Source: a virus. From it: a stretch of 64,000 nucleotides of DNA. The position numbers and the translations under genes were made by a program. Where the stretch lies: positions 64,001 to 128,000 of the IMG/VR virus record IMGVR_UViG_3300033146_003955. One strand, 5' to 3'. The notes under the pieces were generated by a model. That model was given only the letters and a program-made list of their open reading frames with translations, had not been told where the DNA came from and ran no database searches. Below are positions 28,474 through 37,733 of this stretch, piece after piece (position 1 is the first letter of the stretch; each line of letters begins with the position of its first letter).

Positions 28474-29178
28474 TTGAAAATGGTTAGAAGTTACCCGGCA
28501 CTTACCACCCTTATACGTGGTAGATTAAATAGAGACATATCTGATGCACAATTTTTTCTTCATGAAAAAGGTATTGCACTTCTGATAGATGATGAAAATC
28601 TTTATTCTCTTAAAACAGAAAATGATGGTCATAAGTCTGAACTTTTTGAAGTTTGTTACAAAGGTTTAATATATCGTGGAACTGAATTGGTGTGTTTTAA
28701 GGGACCAAGAGTACCTGAAATGTCTCTCAAAGAAGCTCAAGAGAAAGATACAATAGTTTGGAATGACAAGACAGTTTTTGCTGAAAAAATTAAAGGTAAA
28801 AAAATGTATATGTATTGGGATTACGAGAAAGAAGATTGGCAATTTGCAGATGAGAATAAAGCCATAAATAAATCTTATGGTGATATTTTAAGAAATAAAC
28901 TTTATAACATCATGGGAATTGAATATTTTTTTACTTACGTTTTTATAATATCTGAAAATAATATTAAACATGAAACTGGCATTTATCTTGAAACAATGTA
29001 TGATAACAAAAAAGGTAAAGAAATAAAATGGGATAGAGTATGGAATTATGCTATGCGTTTAAAAGCAAAACCTGTTATGTATTATAACTTCGAAGGTTTT
29101 GATAAACTTGAAGAAAGCGATTTCCCTATATATGTATTAGATATCTCTGGAAATAGAATATTATTAACAAAGATGTAA
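28474..29178 (+). CDS. Divergent T4 Rnl1-like RNA ligase-fold protein
   Basis: CYKGLIY..ELVC, then EKIKG at the expected motif I (KxDG) position, followed by MYWD...WQFA. Confidence 0.45.
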   Translation: MKMVRSYPALTTLIRGRLNRDISDAQFFLHEKGIALLIDDENLYSLKTENDGHKSELFEVCYKGLIYRGTELVCFKGPRVPEMSLKEAQEKDTIVWNDKTVFAEKIKGKKMYMYWDYEKEDWQFADENKAINKSYGDILRNKLYNIMGIEYFFTYVFIISENNIKHETGIYLETMYDNKKGKEIKWDRVWNYAMRLKAKPVMYYNFEGFDKLEESDFPIYVLDISGNRILLTKM

Positions 29179-29179
29179 A

Positions 29180-30259
29180 ATGAGTTTAAAAAAAACAACT
29201 AAAGAATTTATAAAAGAAGCAAAAGAAATACATGGTGGGAAGTATGATTATTCTTTAGTTAATTATAAGACAGCTATAACTAAAATTAAAATAATATGTT
29301 TAAAACATGGAACGTTTGAACAAATTCCAAATAGTCATTTAAACGGTAGCGGCTGTCCTAAATGTTCACATAAAGGAATTAAATATACAACTGAAGAATT
29401 TATAATAAAAGCAAAAGAAATACATGGTGGGAAGTATGATTATTCTTTAGTTGATTATATTGATAATAAAACTAAAATTAAAATAACATGTCCAAAACAT
29501 GGAGTATTTAAAAAAAGACCTAATTTACATTTATCCAAAAAACAAGGTTGTCCAAAATGTATGGGTAGAAATCGAACAACTGAAGAATTTATAATAAAAG
29601 CAAAAGAAATACATGGTGGGAAGTATGATTATTCTTTAGTTGATTATATTGATAGCACGACTAAAATTAAAATAATATGTCCGAAGCATGGGGTATTTGA
29701 ACAAACACCAGGCAATCATTTTTTAGGTAAAGAATGTTATAACTGTGGCAAATTTAAAATTAAATATACAACTGAAGAATTTATAATAAAAGCAAAAGAA
29801 ATACATGGTGGGAAGTATGATTATTCTTTAGTTGATTATATTGGTAGCACAACTAAAATTAAAATAATATGTCCGAAGCATGGGATATTTAAACAAAAAG
29901 CATCAAGTCATTTAAATGGTAATGGTTGTCCTACTTGTAATAGTTCCAAAGGTGAAATAGAAATTATTAATTATTTAAATTATAAAAATATAAATTATGA
30001 AAGAGAATATAAATTTGATGATTGTAAAGATAAAAGAGTTTTACCTTTTGATTTTTATATAAAAGATTTAAATATTCTTATTGAATTTGACGGAGATCAA
30101 CATAGAAAAGCTATAAAATTTTTTGGTGGAGAAAAAATGTTTAAAGATAGACAACGAAAAGATGTTATAAAAACTAAATATGCAAAAGATAACAATATAC
30201 AATTAATAAGAATAAATTGTGTAAAAGATATTAAAACGCTACTTACATCAATGGAATAA
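29180..30259 (+). mobile_element. Homing endonuclease-like gene, paralog of 17836 (4 repeats)
   Basis: EEFIIKAKEIHGGKYDYS repeats; identical CKDKRVLPFDFYIK. Confidence 0.85.
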
Positions 30260-30260
30260 T

Positions 30261-31022
30261 ATGAAATTTAATGATATAAAAACTGAAGATAAAAAAATTT
30301 TAAAAACTAATAAATCTAAAAATACTTTCACACAAAACTCTTCTATTATAGAACATTGGTACCGATTCGGTACAGTTGGTGTTTATATTATGAATAATGG
30401 TAAGAAAGGTCTTTTTCGTGAAATTGCCTCGTATGCTAATGACGGAAAAAAACCTACTTCATGGGCTATGAAAATATATCATACAGACAAATGGCATCTT
30501 CAATTTGGTATTCATCCCAACGCTGATATTACAAAAAATGATATTTTTTTAACTGAAATATTTTCCGTCTTTGAAGAAAAGTATGAATATCTAGAAATAA
30601 CTGGTAATAGAAAAGTTGTACTCTTCACTGAATTTGAGAGTAAAAAAGAAGTAGAAGATATAGCTAATTATATTATTGAAATGTTTAGAAATATAGAATT
30701 AGATTTTGTAAATGAAATTATTAATCCCAATTTTATTACACAAGAAAATCAAGGGAAATTGAAAATTATTGGATATTTCTCTGATGGGAAAAGTGATAAA
30801 GCTTCTCAACAAAAATTTATAGATATGGTTAATAGATTAAATAATATATCTATGAGTGGGAAAGATGAAAGTAATTTTAATATAATAAAAAAAAGAATAT
30901 TACAGAAAGTAATCTTAAGTAGTAAAGACAAACAAGTTTTAAATGATTTATTAAAGGAATACCTATCAGATCATGATAGAATATCTATAGCTATGAAATA
31001 TTTAAAAAAGGATGGAAAATGA
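30261..31022 (+). CDS. Hypothetical protein
   Basis: 253-aa coupled ORF. Confidence 0.65.
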   Translation: MKFNDIKTEDKKILKTNKSKNTFTQNSSIIEHWYRFGTVGVYIMNNGKKGLFREIASYANDGKKPTSWAMKIYHTDKWHLQFGIHPNADITKNDIFLTEIFSVFEEKYEYLEITGNRKVVLFTEFESKKEVEDIANYIIEMFRNIELDFVNEIINPNFITQENQGKLKIIGYFSDGKSDKASQQKFIDMVNRLNNISMSGKDESNFNIIKKRILQKVILSSKDKQVLNDLLKEYLSDHDRISIAMKYLKKDGK

Positions 31023-31945
31023 AACATTTATTAATAGATGCTAACAATATCGCATCACTTAGCTTTTTCCGCGCTAAATCTATTATGATGAAAGAAATAA
31101 ATTCTAAAATTGATATTGATAATGAAAAAGAATTAATTACGGAAGTTCAAAAAAATATTATAGGTTTTTCTACACATATGTTTTTTAACAAACTTCATAG
31201 TATTATGAAGTTAAACAAAGGTGCTAAAGTTTATATTATTTGGGATGGTAAAGGCGGTTCTAATTGGAGAAAAAAAATTAATTCTGACTATAAAGCAAAT
31301 AGGAAACATGGCAATGATAGTTTCTACCCTGTATATATTAATATGATGAATAAATCAAAAGAAATTCTTAAATCTTATCCTGTTGTTCAATTTACAAAGC
31401 AAGAAGCTGAAGCTGACGATTTAATTTATTCTATAGTTAAATATGTAAGTAACAACGTTGAATCAGAAGTAGCAACAAATAAATTAATTGATAAATCATA
31501 TATTAACGTAGTTTCTACAGATACAGATATGATACAGCTGGCACAGCAATTTTCAAATGTAGATATTTATAACCCTATAACTAAAAAAAATCAAGTAATA
31601 CCAGAATACAATTATGTACTTTACAAATCTATAGTTGGTGATAAAAGCGATAATATTGTTGGCGTTCCAAGATACGGAAAAAAGAAAGGAGCAAATGCAG
31701 CGATAGCTGGTATTGATTCTATGAAAGAAGAATTTCACCCTCTTATTAAAAATAATTTATTAATTATTGATATGGCACAAAATCCTAATCAAAAAGATAA
31801 TTATTCATATATAAGTGAAATTATTAAAGGAACGAAAATAACTCTTGATATTGATAAAATTAAAAAACACTACTTTGATTTAAAATTAAAATCACTTCTT
31901 GATGGATTGGATACTACATCTAAACTATTAAAGAATCTTCTATAA
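31019..31945 (+). CDS. rnh: T4 RNase H-like 5'-3' exonuclease / flap nuclease
   Basis: LIDANN, WD, WRK..YKANR, EADD, STDTDM.QL, GDKSDNI.GV. Confidence 0.92.
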   Translation: MKHLLIDANNIASLSFFRAKSIMMKEINSKIDIDNEKELITEVQKNIIGFSTHMFFNKLHSIMKLNKGAKVYIIWDGKGGSNWRKKINSDYKANRKHGNDSFYPVYINMMNKSKEILKSYPVVQFTKQEAEADDLIYSIVKYVSNNVESEVATNKLIDKSYINVVSTDTDMIQLAQQFSNVDIYNPITKKNQVIPEYNYVLYKSIVGDKSDNIVGVPRYGKKKGANAAIAGIDSMKEEFHPLIKNNLLIIDMAQNPNQKDNYSYISEIIKGTKITLDIDKIKKHYFDLKLKSLLDGLDTTSKLLKNLL

Positions 31946-31955
31946 AATATATTTC

Positions 31956-32019
31956 ACTCCATTTTTACTATATTTTGGTAATTATATTAAGATAATAGTA
32001 TATAATAAATAAGTGGAGT
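31956..32019 (+). promoter_or_regulatory. AAGATAA motif within an RBS-occluding hairpin
   Basis: actccattt (31956-64) pairs with aagtggagt (32011-19); AAGATAA at 31989. Confidence 0.6.
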
Positions 32020-32024
32020 AAAAT

Positions 32025-32426
32025 ATGTTAAAAACTGTCAATTTAATTAATTTTGGAGCTTTTTTAAAAGAAGACATAATAAACGCAATAGGAGAAGAAC
32101 ACTCCATTTTTGTAAAACAGATAAATATAAAAAATACATCTCTCAACTTGAAAAAACACTCAACGTTTATTCAAGTACACGATCTTGTTGAACAAAATAA
32201 AGATTATTTTTCTGAAGACTTCATCGTTAATCTTCCTGGACTTCCAATATTTGCAGCAATGCTTATCGCTGAAATACATGGCTTAACTGGAGCATTCCCT
32301 AAAATAGTAGAATGTGTTAAGGATTATAGCCAAGAAGGTATGTTCTCTGAATTTAAATATAAACGATTATACAATTTAGATAGAGAAAGAACACAATCAA
32401 GAGAAAATTATAAAAAATTTAACTAA
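32025..32426 (+). CDS. csx15: Csx15-like protein (candidate cyclic oligoadenylate-binding/ring nuclease)
   Basis: LINF, IVNLPGL..FAAMLIAEIHGLTGAFPKI, F....YNL..R..SR follow the Csx15 pattern as recalled. Confidence 0.65.
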   Translation: MLKTVNLINFGAFLKEDIINAIGEEHSIFVKQINIKNTSLNLKKHSTFIQVHDLVEQNKDYFSEDFIVNLPGLPIFAAMLIAEIHGLTGAFPKIVECVKDYSQEGMFSEFKYKRLYNLDRERTQSRENYKKFN

Positions 32427-32481
32427 TATCTCTTAATTTATATAAGATAAATAAAACTAAGTAAAAGGTAAAAACAATTAA

Positions 32482-32760
32482 ATGAATGTTGATAAATTTT
32501 TTAATGAATTAAATGAAAAAACTTGGCGCAACGAAAAACGTTTTTTTGTAGAACGCAAATTTGACGCTTTAATTGAATACCTTCAAGAGAATAAAGAAGA
32601 AGTACTTGATGATATAATCGATGATTTAAATGGTATGGAGAAGATGCAAACTGAAGATAAAGAAATATTTGATTATAAAGAGTTTGACAAATGGGTAAAT
32701 GTATTTGCTAAAGACAATATGTCTGCTTGGCTTGAAGAAGTAGACGAAGAAGAAGAATAA
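32482..32760 (+). CDS. Acidic small protein with FNELNE leader
   Basis: TAAGATAA at 32443. Confidence 0.65.
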   Translation: MNVDKFFNELNEKTWRNEKRFFVERKFDALIEYLQENKEEVLDDIIDDLNGMEKMQTEDKEIFDYKEFDKWVNVFAKDNMSAWLEEVDEEEE

Positions 32761-33546
32761 ATGGATTTATCCACACTCGCAGCTTCTATAGTTAACCAAC
32801 CTAAATCATCTAAAAAAGATTATCAAACTTTAATGCCTCAACAGCAGCAAACACGTTCTTATTCAGATGAACCCACTATAAACTATTCAGAATTAATTAT
32901 AAATGTAACTCGATTCAAATTTGGTAAAACTAGACTTGGTTGGACTCTTCAATATAAAATAAATTATCCTCTTAGTTCTTTTAATAGGAAAACTACAGAC
33001 TTAAGACAAATAAAACAATATGCTAAAGATTACTTAGAAGCAAATACTGATAAAAAAGATTTGCCCTATATTGATATTACTAAAATAAGTGAATATTTGA
33101 TTGAATATCGTTTTAATCATAAAAAATGGATTAAAGCTAATTTCAGTAGAAAACCTCATTTTATGCCTCCAACTACTTTATATTGGAAATATAAAATAGA
33201 TATACCTAGAATAATTTTTGTTAATCAAGTAGGTTCAGATTTACAAAAATTTATAGAAGAGATGTTTTATGAATATATAGATAAACGAGCCAATCTCTTG
33301 AAACATAAAGAATTCTCCTTTGTGCAGCGAATGGTTGCAAAACTTTTCACTTTTAAGTGGGATAGAGTAAATATGAGAATGTATGCACATTTAAAATATT
33401 CTGTTATTTTAGGTTCTCTTGCTATATATATGTCCCTTTACCATAAAAAAGATGCCAATAAATATGATATTAAAAAACTTCAACGTAAAGCTTCAAATCT
33501 TGGTGATATAAAGAAACTTGATAAATATATAAAGAGGTTGAAATGA
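32761..33546 (+). CDS. Basic hypothetical protein
   Basis: 261-aa ORF. Confidence 0.7.
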   Translation: MDLSTLAASIVNQPKSSKKDYQTLMPQQQQTRSYSDEPTINYSELIINVTRFKFGKTRLGWTLQYKINYPLSSFNRKTTDLRQIKQYAKDYLEANTDKKDLPYIDITKISEYLIEYRFNHKKWIKANFSRKPHFMPPTTLYWKYKIDIPRIIFVNQVGSDLQKFIEEMFYEYIDKRANLLKHKEFSFVQRMVAKLFTFKWDRVNMRMYAHLKYSVILGSLAIYMSLYHKKDANKYDIKKLQRKASNLGDIKKLDKYIKRLK

Positions 33547-33824
33547 TAAAATATTATAAACTTATAAAATATATTTTAGAAAATAATAAAATAGAACTTA
33601 ATTTAATTGATGATTTTTCTATAGGTAAATATTTTATATTTGATATAGATGACTTTGGGTATGACGATAAAGGTAAAAGATTAGACTATGTTGAGGCTGA
33701 TGATTTAATGGAAAAAACAATGTATGATACTAAAATTAAATATAAAAATAAGAATTGGTATGTTGAAGTTGATGAAGATGTTATTGCTGTATGTCCAAAA
33801 GAGCATAAAGAAGTATTAATATAA
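33543..33824 (+). CDS. Hypothetical protein
   Basis: GAGG SD, ATGA overlap. Confidence 0.6.
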   Translation: MIKYYKLIKYILENNKIELNLIDDFSIGKYFIFDIDDFGYDDKGKRLDYVEADDLMEKTMYDTKIKYKNKNWYVEVDEDVIAVCPKEHKEVLI

Positions 33825-33845
33825 TTATGAATAATCTTTAAGGAG

Positions 33846-34310
33846 TTGAACCTGGCAAACAAAAAATATAAATCATCAATGTTCAATTACAGAAAAAAGT
33901 TTAAACCTAATACGAAAAGAAATGCTGGGAATAGGGTTCAGGATATAAAAAAGAGAAGAGGTTTATATACTGAGAGTTGGGACTCAATAAGAAAACAGTG
34001 TTATCGTCGTGATGGCTATAGATGTGTAATGTGTGGCAAAAAGGGTAAGATATCAGCTCATCATATTGTTCCTGTTCGTATCTCTCATAATAACTCTCTT
34101 ACAAATTTAGTCAGTGTGTGTGATAGATGTCATAAGAGATTAGAAGAAGTAGGCTTCGCAATCCTTAGAAATGGCGGTCATCAATCAGATGTTAGACGAG
34201 TAGAACTAACAATGATTATGGAAGCTAAACAGAAGAGGAAAGAGAAGGAAAGAAAACTTATAGCTAAAAAGAGATTAGAAGAAGGGAAAGATGTACCTAG
34301 TAACAATTGA
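33846..34310 (+). CDS. HNH endonuclease
   Basis: RDGYRCVMCG, AHHIVP, NSLTNLVSVCDRCH. Confidence 0.9.
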   Translation: MNLANKKYKSSMFNYRKKFKPNTKRNAGNRVQDIKKRRGLYTESWDSIRKQCYRRDGYRCVMCGKKGKISAHHIVPVRISHNNSLTNLVSVCDRCHKRLEEVGFAILRNGGHQSDVRRVELTMIMEAKQKRKEKERKLIAKKRLEEGKDVPSNN

Positions 34311-34494
34311 TCCTGCAAATAATTGGTATTCAATACATAGTGGTGATAGGTACTCACAATCTTCATATATCGTCCATAAAGAAATTATTAATCTTTATGG
34401 TGTTGGTGACTTTGAGCCTGGTTCAATTATCTCACTATTTTCAGTTGAAAGATTCGATACACTGCAAAAAAAGTATAAAGTATTTCATTTCTGA
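34291..34494 (+). CDS. Hypothetical protein
   Basis: AAGGG SD, overlap with HNH gene. Confidence 0.5.
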   Translation: MYLVTIDPANNWYSIHSGDRYSQSSYIVHKEIINLYGVGDFEPGSIISLFSVERFDTLQKKYKVFHF

Positions 34495-34572
34495 AGTCTT
34501 AAAATAAATTTACAAAAATAGATAATATTAAGGATACTCAGTAAGATAACTTTATAGATTAAAGGAGTTAAT

Positions 34573-34710
34573 ATGGGAGATACTGAGAAAAAAGCTTTGC
34601 TTAAACTTATGAAGGACATGAAAGAAGTTAAAGAAAATGTTTCATATCTTGTTGAAGCAGTAGAATTATTATTATCAATTCAAACACAAGCAATAAAAGA
34701 TAATAATAAC
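34573..34710 (+). CDS. 45-aa coiled-coil protein (not in ORF track)
   Basis: TAAGATAA at 34542, AAGGAG SD, MGDTEKKALLKLMK... Confidence 0.65.
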
Positions 34711-34721
34711 AGGAGAAGATA

Positions 34722-35057
34722 GTGTATGAATATACTCTAAATCAACAAATAAATTTACATGATTTAGTAAAATTAAATTTTGTTGGGGAAGTAGAATATA
34801 ATGATAATGCCTTAACCATTGTTGAGAGCTGGATGTCAAGCGATGAATTTTTTACAAAGTTTAAAGATAAAAGTAGTTATTTTACTATAGACCCTGGAAC
34901 ACTAATAAAATTTGAAATTGTTTCTAATACTATACAGGTAATATTCTATGCTGCAGTTATGATGGAAGACGATATAACAGATGGTGGGTGGGGCACACTT
35001 ACAATTATTGGTGATAAGATTAAAAAGTTTATATATATGGCAAATGAATTAGATTAA
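34722..35057 (+). CDS. Hypothetical protein
   Basis: AGGAG SD, GTG start. Confidence 0.65.
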   Translation: MYEYTLNQQINLHDLVKLNFVGEVEYNDNALTIVESWMSSDEFFTKFKDKSSYFTIDPGTLIKFEIVSNTIQVIFYAAVMMEDDITDGGWGTLTIIGDKIKKFIYMANELD

Positions 35058-35074
35058 TAAATAAGGAGATAGAT

Positions 35075-35302
35075 ATGGCTGATAAAAAAGAAGATAAAAA
35101 AAAGGGTGTATTTACAAATTATACAAAAATCCCTGTAAAAAAGCGTCCTTATTATTACGATTATAACGATACTTCAAAAGAGGAAAAAGAATTTGCAGAT
35201 ATGTTTTCTGAATTGGGTTCTTTTAATGATAAATTAAAAGATGAATTAAAAAAGGATAAACCCGCTAAAATTAAAATTAAAGGTTCTAAAGACTCAGAAT
35301 AG
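35075..35302 (+). CDS. Small Lys-rich protein
   Basis: AAGGAG SD. Confidence 0.65.
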   Translation: MADKKEDKKKGVFTNYTKIPVKKRPYYYDYNDTSKEEKEFADMFSELGSFNDKLKDELKKDKPAKIKIKGSKDSE

Positions 35303-35325
35303 TATTTTTGTATATTAACATAATA

Positions 35326-35353
35326 AAGCTACCTTAAGGGGTAGCTTTTTTTT
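35326..35353 (+). terminator. Intrinsic terminator
   Basis: aagctacct-taag-gggtagctt followed by T-run. Confidence 0.85.
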
Positions 35354-35387
35354 AATGATATTTTATAATATACGTAAAGATAATTAT

Positions 35388-35978
35388 ATGAATTCATTAT
35401 TTAACAAATTGGTCAACACAGTAACAAAACAACAGCAAAGTAATATAATACCTTTTGCTGTTGGCAGAATATATCAATGTAGATACAGGAATTTCAAGCA
35501 AGATCCAGCTCCCTTAGTTTTAATTTTAGGCAGTAATAATTTTTATACAGTTGGTATTAATTTACATTATGTATCAGCTTTTTACCACAACATAGAAGCA
35601 TGGATTATGATGATGAGAAAGAGTAAAAAAGTTTTAACAGGGAAAATAATATATGATGTTATGAAAATGCGAATACCCATGGTTCCTAAAATTGCTTACA
35701 GGAAATACTTCACTTCTATGTTAAGAGGAAGACTAATAAGTCAAGGTCTGTATACAGGTCCTGAAATGGCTGCGATGCAATTAGCTATGGATCCATTTGT
35801 AAGACGTTTAAATAAAAAAATAAATGGTTCAATAGCTAGAGCGGCAGGACCAGGAAGTGAAGAATTGGCCGGAATAAGAAGTCAAATAACACAATCAAGC
35901 TATGCATCTGATTCGCAACGTCCTTTTGCCAACAGAACACAGAAAACAGTCGTCCAATATCGACCACCAGGAGCGTAA
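35388..35978 (+). CDS. T4 gp2-like DNA end protector
   Basis: GRIY..Y..DPAPLVL..GINLHY..YRKY; AAGATAA-N4-ATG. Confidence 0.7.
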   Translation: MNSLFNKLVNTVTKQQQSNIIPFAVGRIYQCRYRNFKQDPAPLVLILGSNNFYTVGINLHYVSAFYHNIEAWIMMMRKSKKVLTGKIIYDVMKMRIPMVPKIAYRKYFTSMLRGRLISQGLYTGPEMAAMQLAMDPFVRRLNKKINGSIARAAGPGSEELAGIRSQITQSSYASDSQRPFANRTQKTVVQYRPPGA

Positions 35979-35981
35979 TAG

Positions 35982-37721
35982 ATGACAAAAAAAGAGATAG
36001 AGGCATTAAAAGCTGGAGGTGCTGGAGCTAGTATGGGTATTTCCAATCGTCGTCATGATTTCAGTAAACGGGCTCCAGAAAAAGATAGTTGGCTGGATGA
36101 GAGTAGGATTCTTCCAACAACGCAGACTTGGATTCAAGTTGATTTCTTTGTAGAAACAGGAGCTGGTGATGACGAGTTACTTAAAAATTTTTATAATACA
36201 ATGAGTCATCGCGAATATGGAAAGTTAACTATTCCACGGTATTATATACAAAATGCAGAGTTTGATGGTGTTCAAATTGGAGCAAGAAAGGGTTCTATAA
36301 CAATTATTGATCCAGAGAACACGTGGTCTCGTGCTTTCGATTATATAGGGTATTGGAAGAATAAAAACGCTGGAAGACCAAACATGAGCATTCAATTTGG
36401 ATGGGTTGATTTAAAGGCAGGTGCTGAGAGAGGAGATATGGTTCAAACAATTCCTGCTATACTCTTAAAAACTGGATTTAACATGAATGAAAATGGTATT
36501 GTGACTATAACATTGGAATTTATAGAAAATACAGAAAGAATATTAGATATTGTTAAATTTAATAAGTTGGAAGATTTAACTTTATTAAACTCTGAGGTTA
36601 ATGGAGACCTTAAAAAAATGAGTGTTAAAGAAATTTTAGAATTTGTAATAGCAACAGATGGCATTAAAGCTCAATTAGAGACTTTTGATATCCATCTAAG
36701 TTTTGATGATACGTTTGAAATGAATGATGATAAATTTGGTGAAACGGGTGTAGATATAAAAATAAGATTAGGTGATACACTTGGTTCTAAAATAAATGAA
36801 ATAATTTCTAAAGCTACTCCAGATACAACTGAAAAAGATTTTTCTGATAAAGGTTGGTTATTAGCTTCATACGTTATGAAAGATAAAGAAATAAAATATA
36901 AAACAGTAAATGGGAAAACACACTATCATTCTTATATATTGTTTGGTTGGCGTTACGCTGTTACAGATGAAGGTAGGGCCGGAAATTTAAAAAAATGGCA
37001 AATAGAAAAATATACCATGGGAGTTGAGTCTGAGTCCGATATAGAAGAATTAAAAGGTCCAACACTGCTATGGAAAAAACAGTCAATGAATTATTCTGAG
37101 AAAACGCTTCTTACTTTTGATGTAGATTTAAAAATGTTAGATTATGCAACGTCCATGATTAAGAGTGAATTAGATACAAAACTTTCACAGTTTAATGAAG
37201 AAGATTGGGGCAAAATCGCTGAAGTAGTACAACAAATACAAGAAAAAGGTGATACTGATGCCAAAGCGTTATTAACTATGAATCCCCAACAATTAAGTGA
37301 AAAAGCTACATCTGAAGGTAAATCTTTTGGTTTAAGTTACGACGTTGGCGCACATATTTTTGGGTGGGGAATAAGTGAAGATGACAAAGCCAGAACCCAA
37401 ATAATAGATGAATTTAATGAGGTACTTAGAAATTCTAGTAGTAATGTAACTAAAGCTATAGGCGCTATTATACACAATAACGTCTTTAAAGCTAAAGCTA
37501 AAATAATGGGTGATCCTAGTTTTGGTACTGATTATACAATGTTTAATGTCTACTTTGATAGTGATTTTAATGGGGCAGGATCTTTTGCTGCATTCTTCAC
37601 TAGGAAATGGCTTTTGACGAAGGTTTCTCACAAGATAGAAGAAGGAAGTTATTTTACTGAATTAGAAATAATGGCTCTACCAATAGAACCGCCAAAATAT
37701 GCTCACGGTAACGTGAAATAG
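35982..37721 (+). CDS. Probable baseplate hub (gp27-like)
   Basis: ITIID, IQFGW, IMGDP, WLLTKVSHKI...YFTELE C-terminus; adjacent to tape measure. Confidence 0.6.
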   Translation: MTKKEIEALKAGGAGASMGISNRRHDFSKRAPEKDSWLDESRILPTTQTWIQVDFFVETGAGDDELLKNFYNTMSHREYGKLTIPRYYIQNAEFDGVQIGARKGSITIIDPENTWSRAFDYIGYWKNKNAGRPNMSIQFGWVDLKAGAERGDMVQTIPAILLKTGFNMNENGIVTITLEFIENTERILDIVKFNKLEDLTLLNSEVNGDLKKMSVKEILEFVIATDGIKAQLETFDIHLSFDDTFEMNDDKFGETGVDIKIRLGDTLGSKINEIISKATPDTTEKDFSDKGWLLASYVMKDKEIKYKTVNGKTHYHSYILFGWRYAVTDEGRAGNLKKWQIEKYTMGVESESDIEELKGPTLLWKKQSMNYSEKTLLTFDVDLKMLDYATSMIKSELDTKLSQFNEEDWGKIAEVVQQIQEKGDTDAKALLTMNPQQLSEKATSEGKSFGLSYDVGAHIFGWGISEDDKARTQIIDEFNEVLRNSSSNVTKAIGAIIHNNVFKAKAKIMGDPSFGTDYTMFNVYFDSDFNGAGSFAAFFTRKWLLTKVSHKIEEGSYFTELEIMALPIEPPKYAHGNVK

Positions 37722-37733
37722 GAGTAATATTTT

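Noticed and set aside
27324-32426. Cas4-like plus Csx15-like genes as a CRISPR-Cas locus
   Set aside because: No cas1/cas2/effector genes or array; solo Cas4-like nucleases are common in phages
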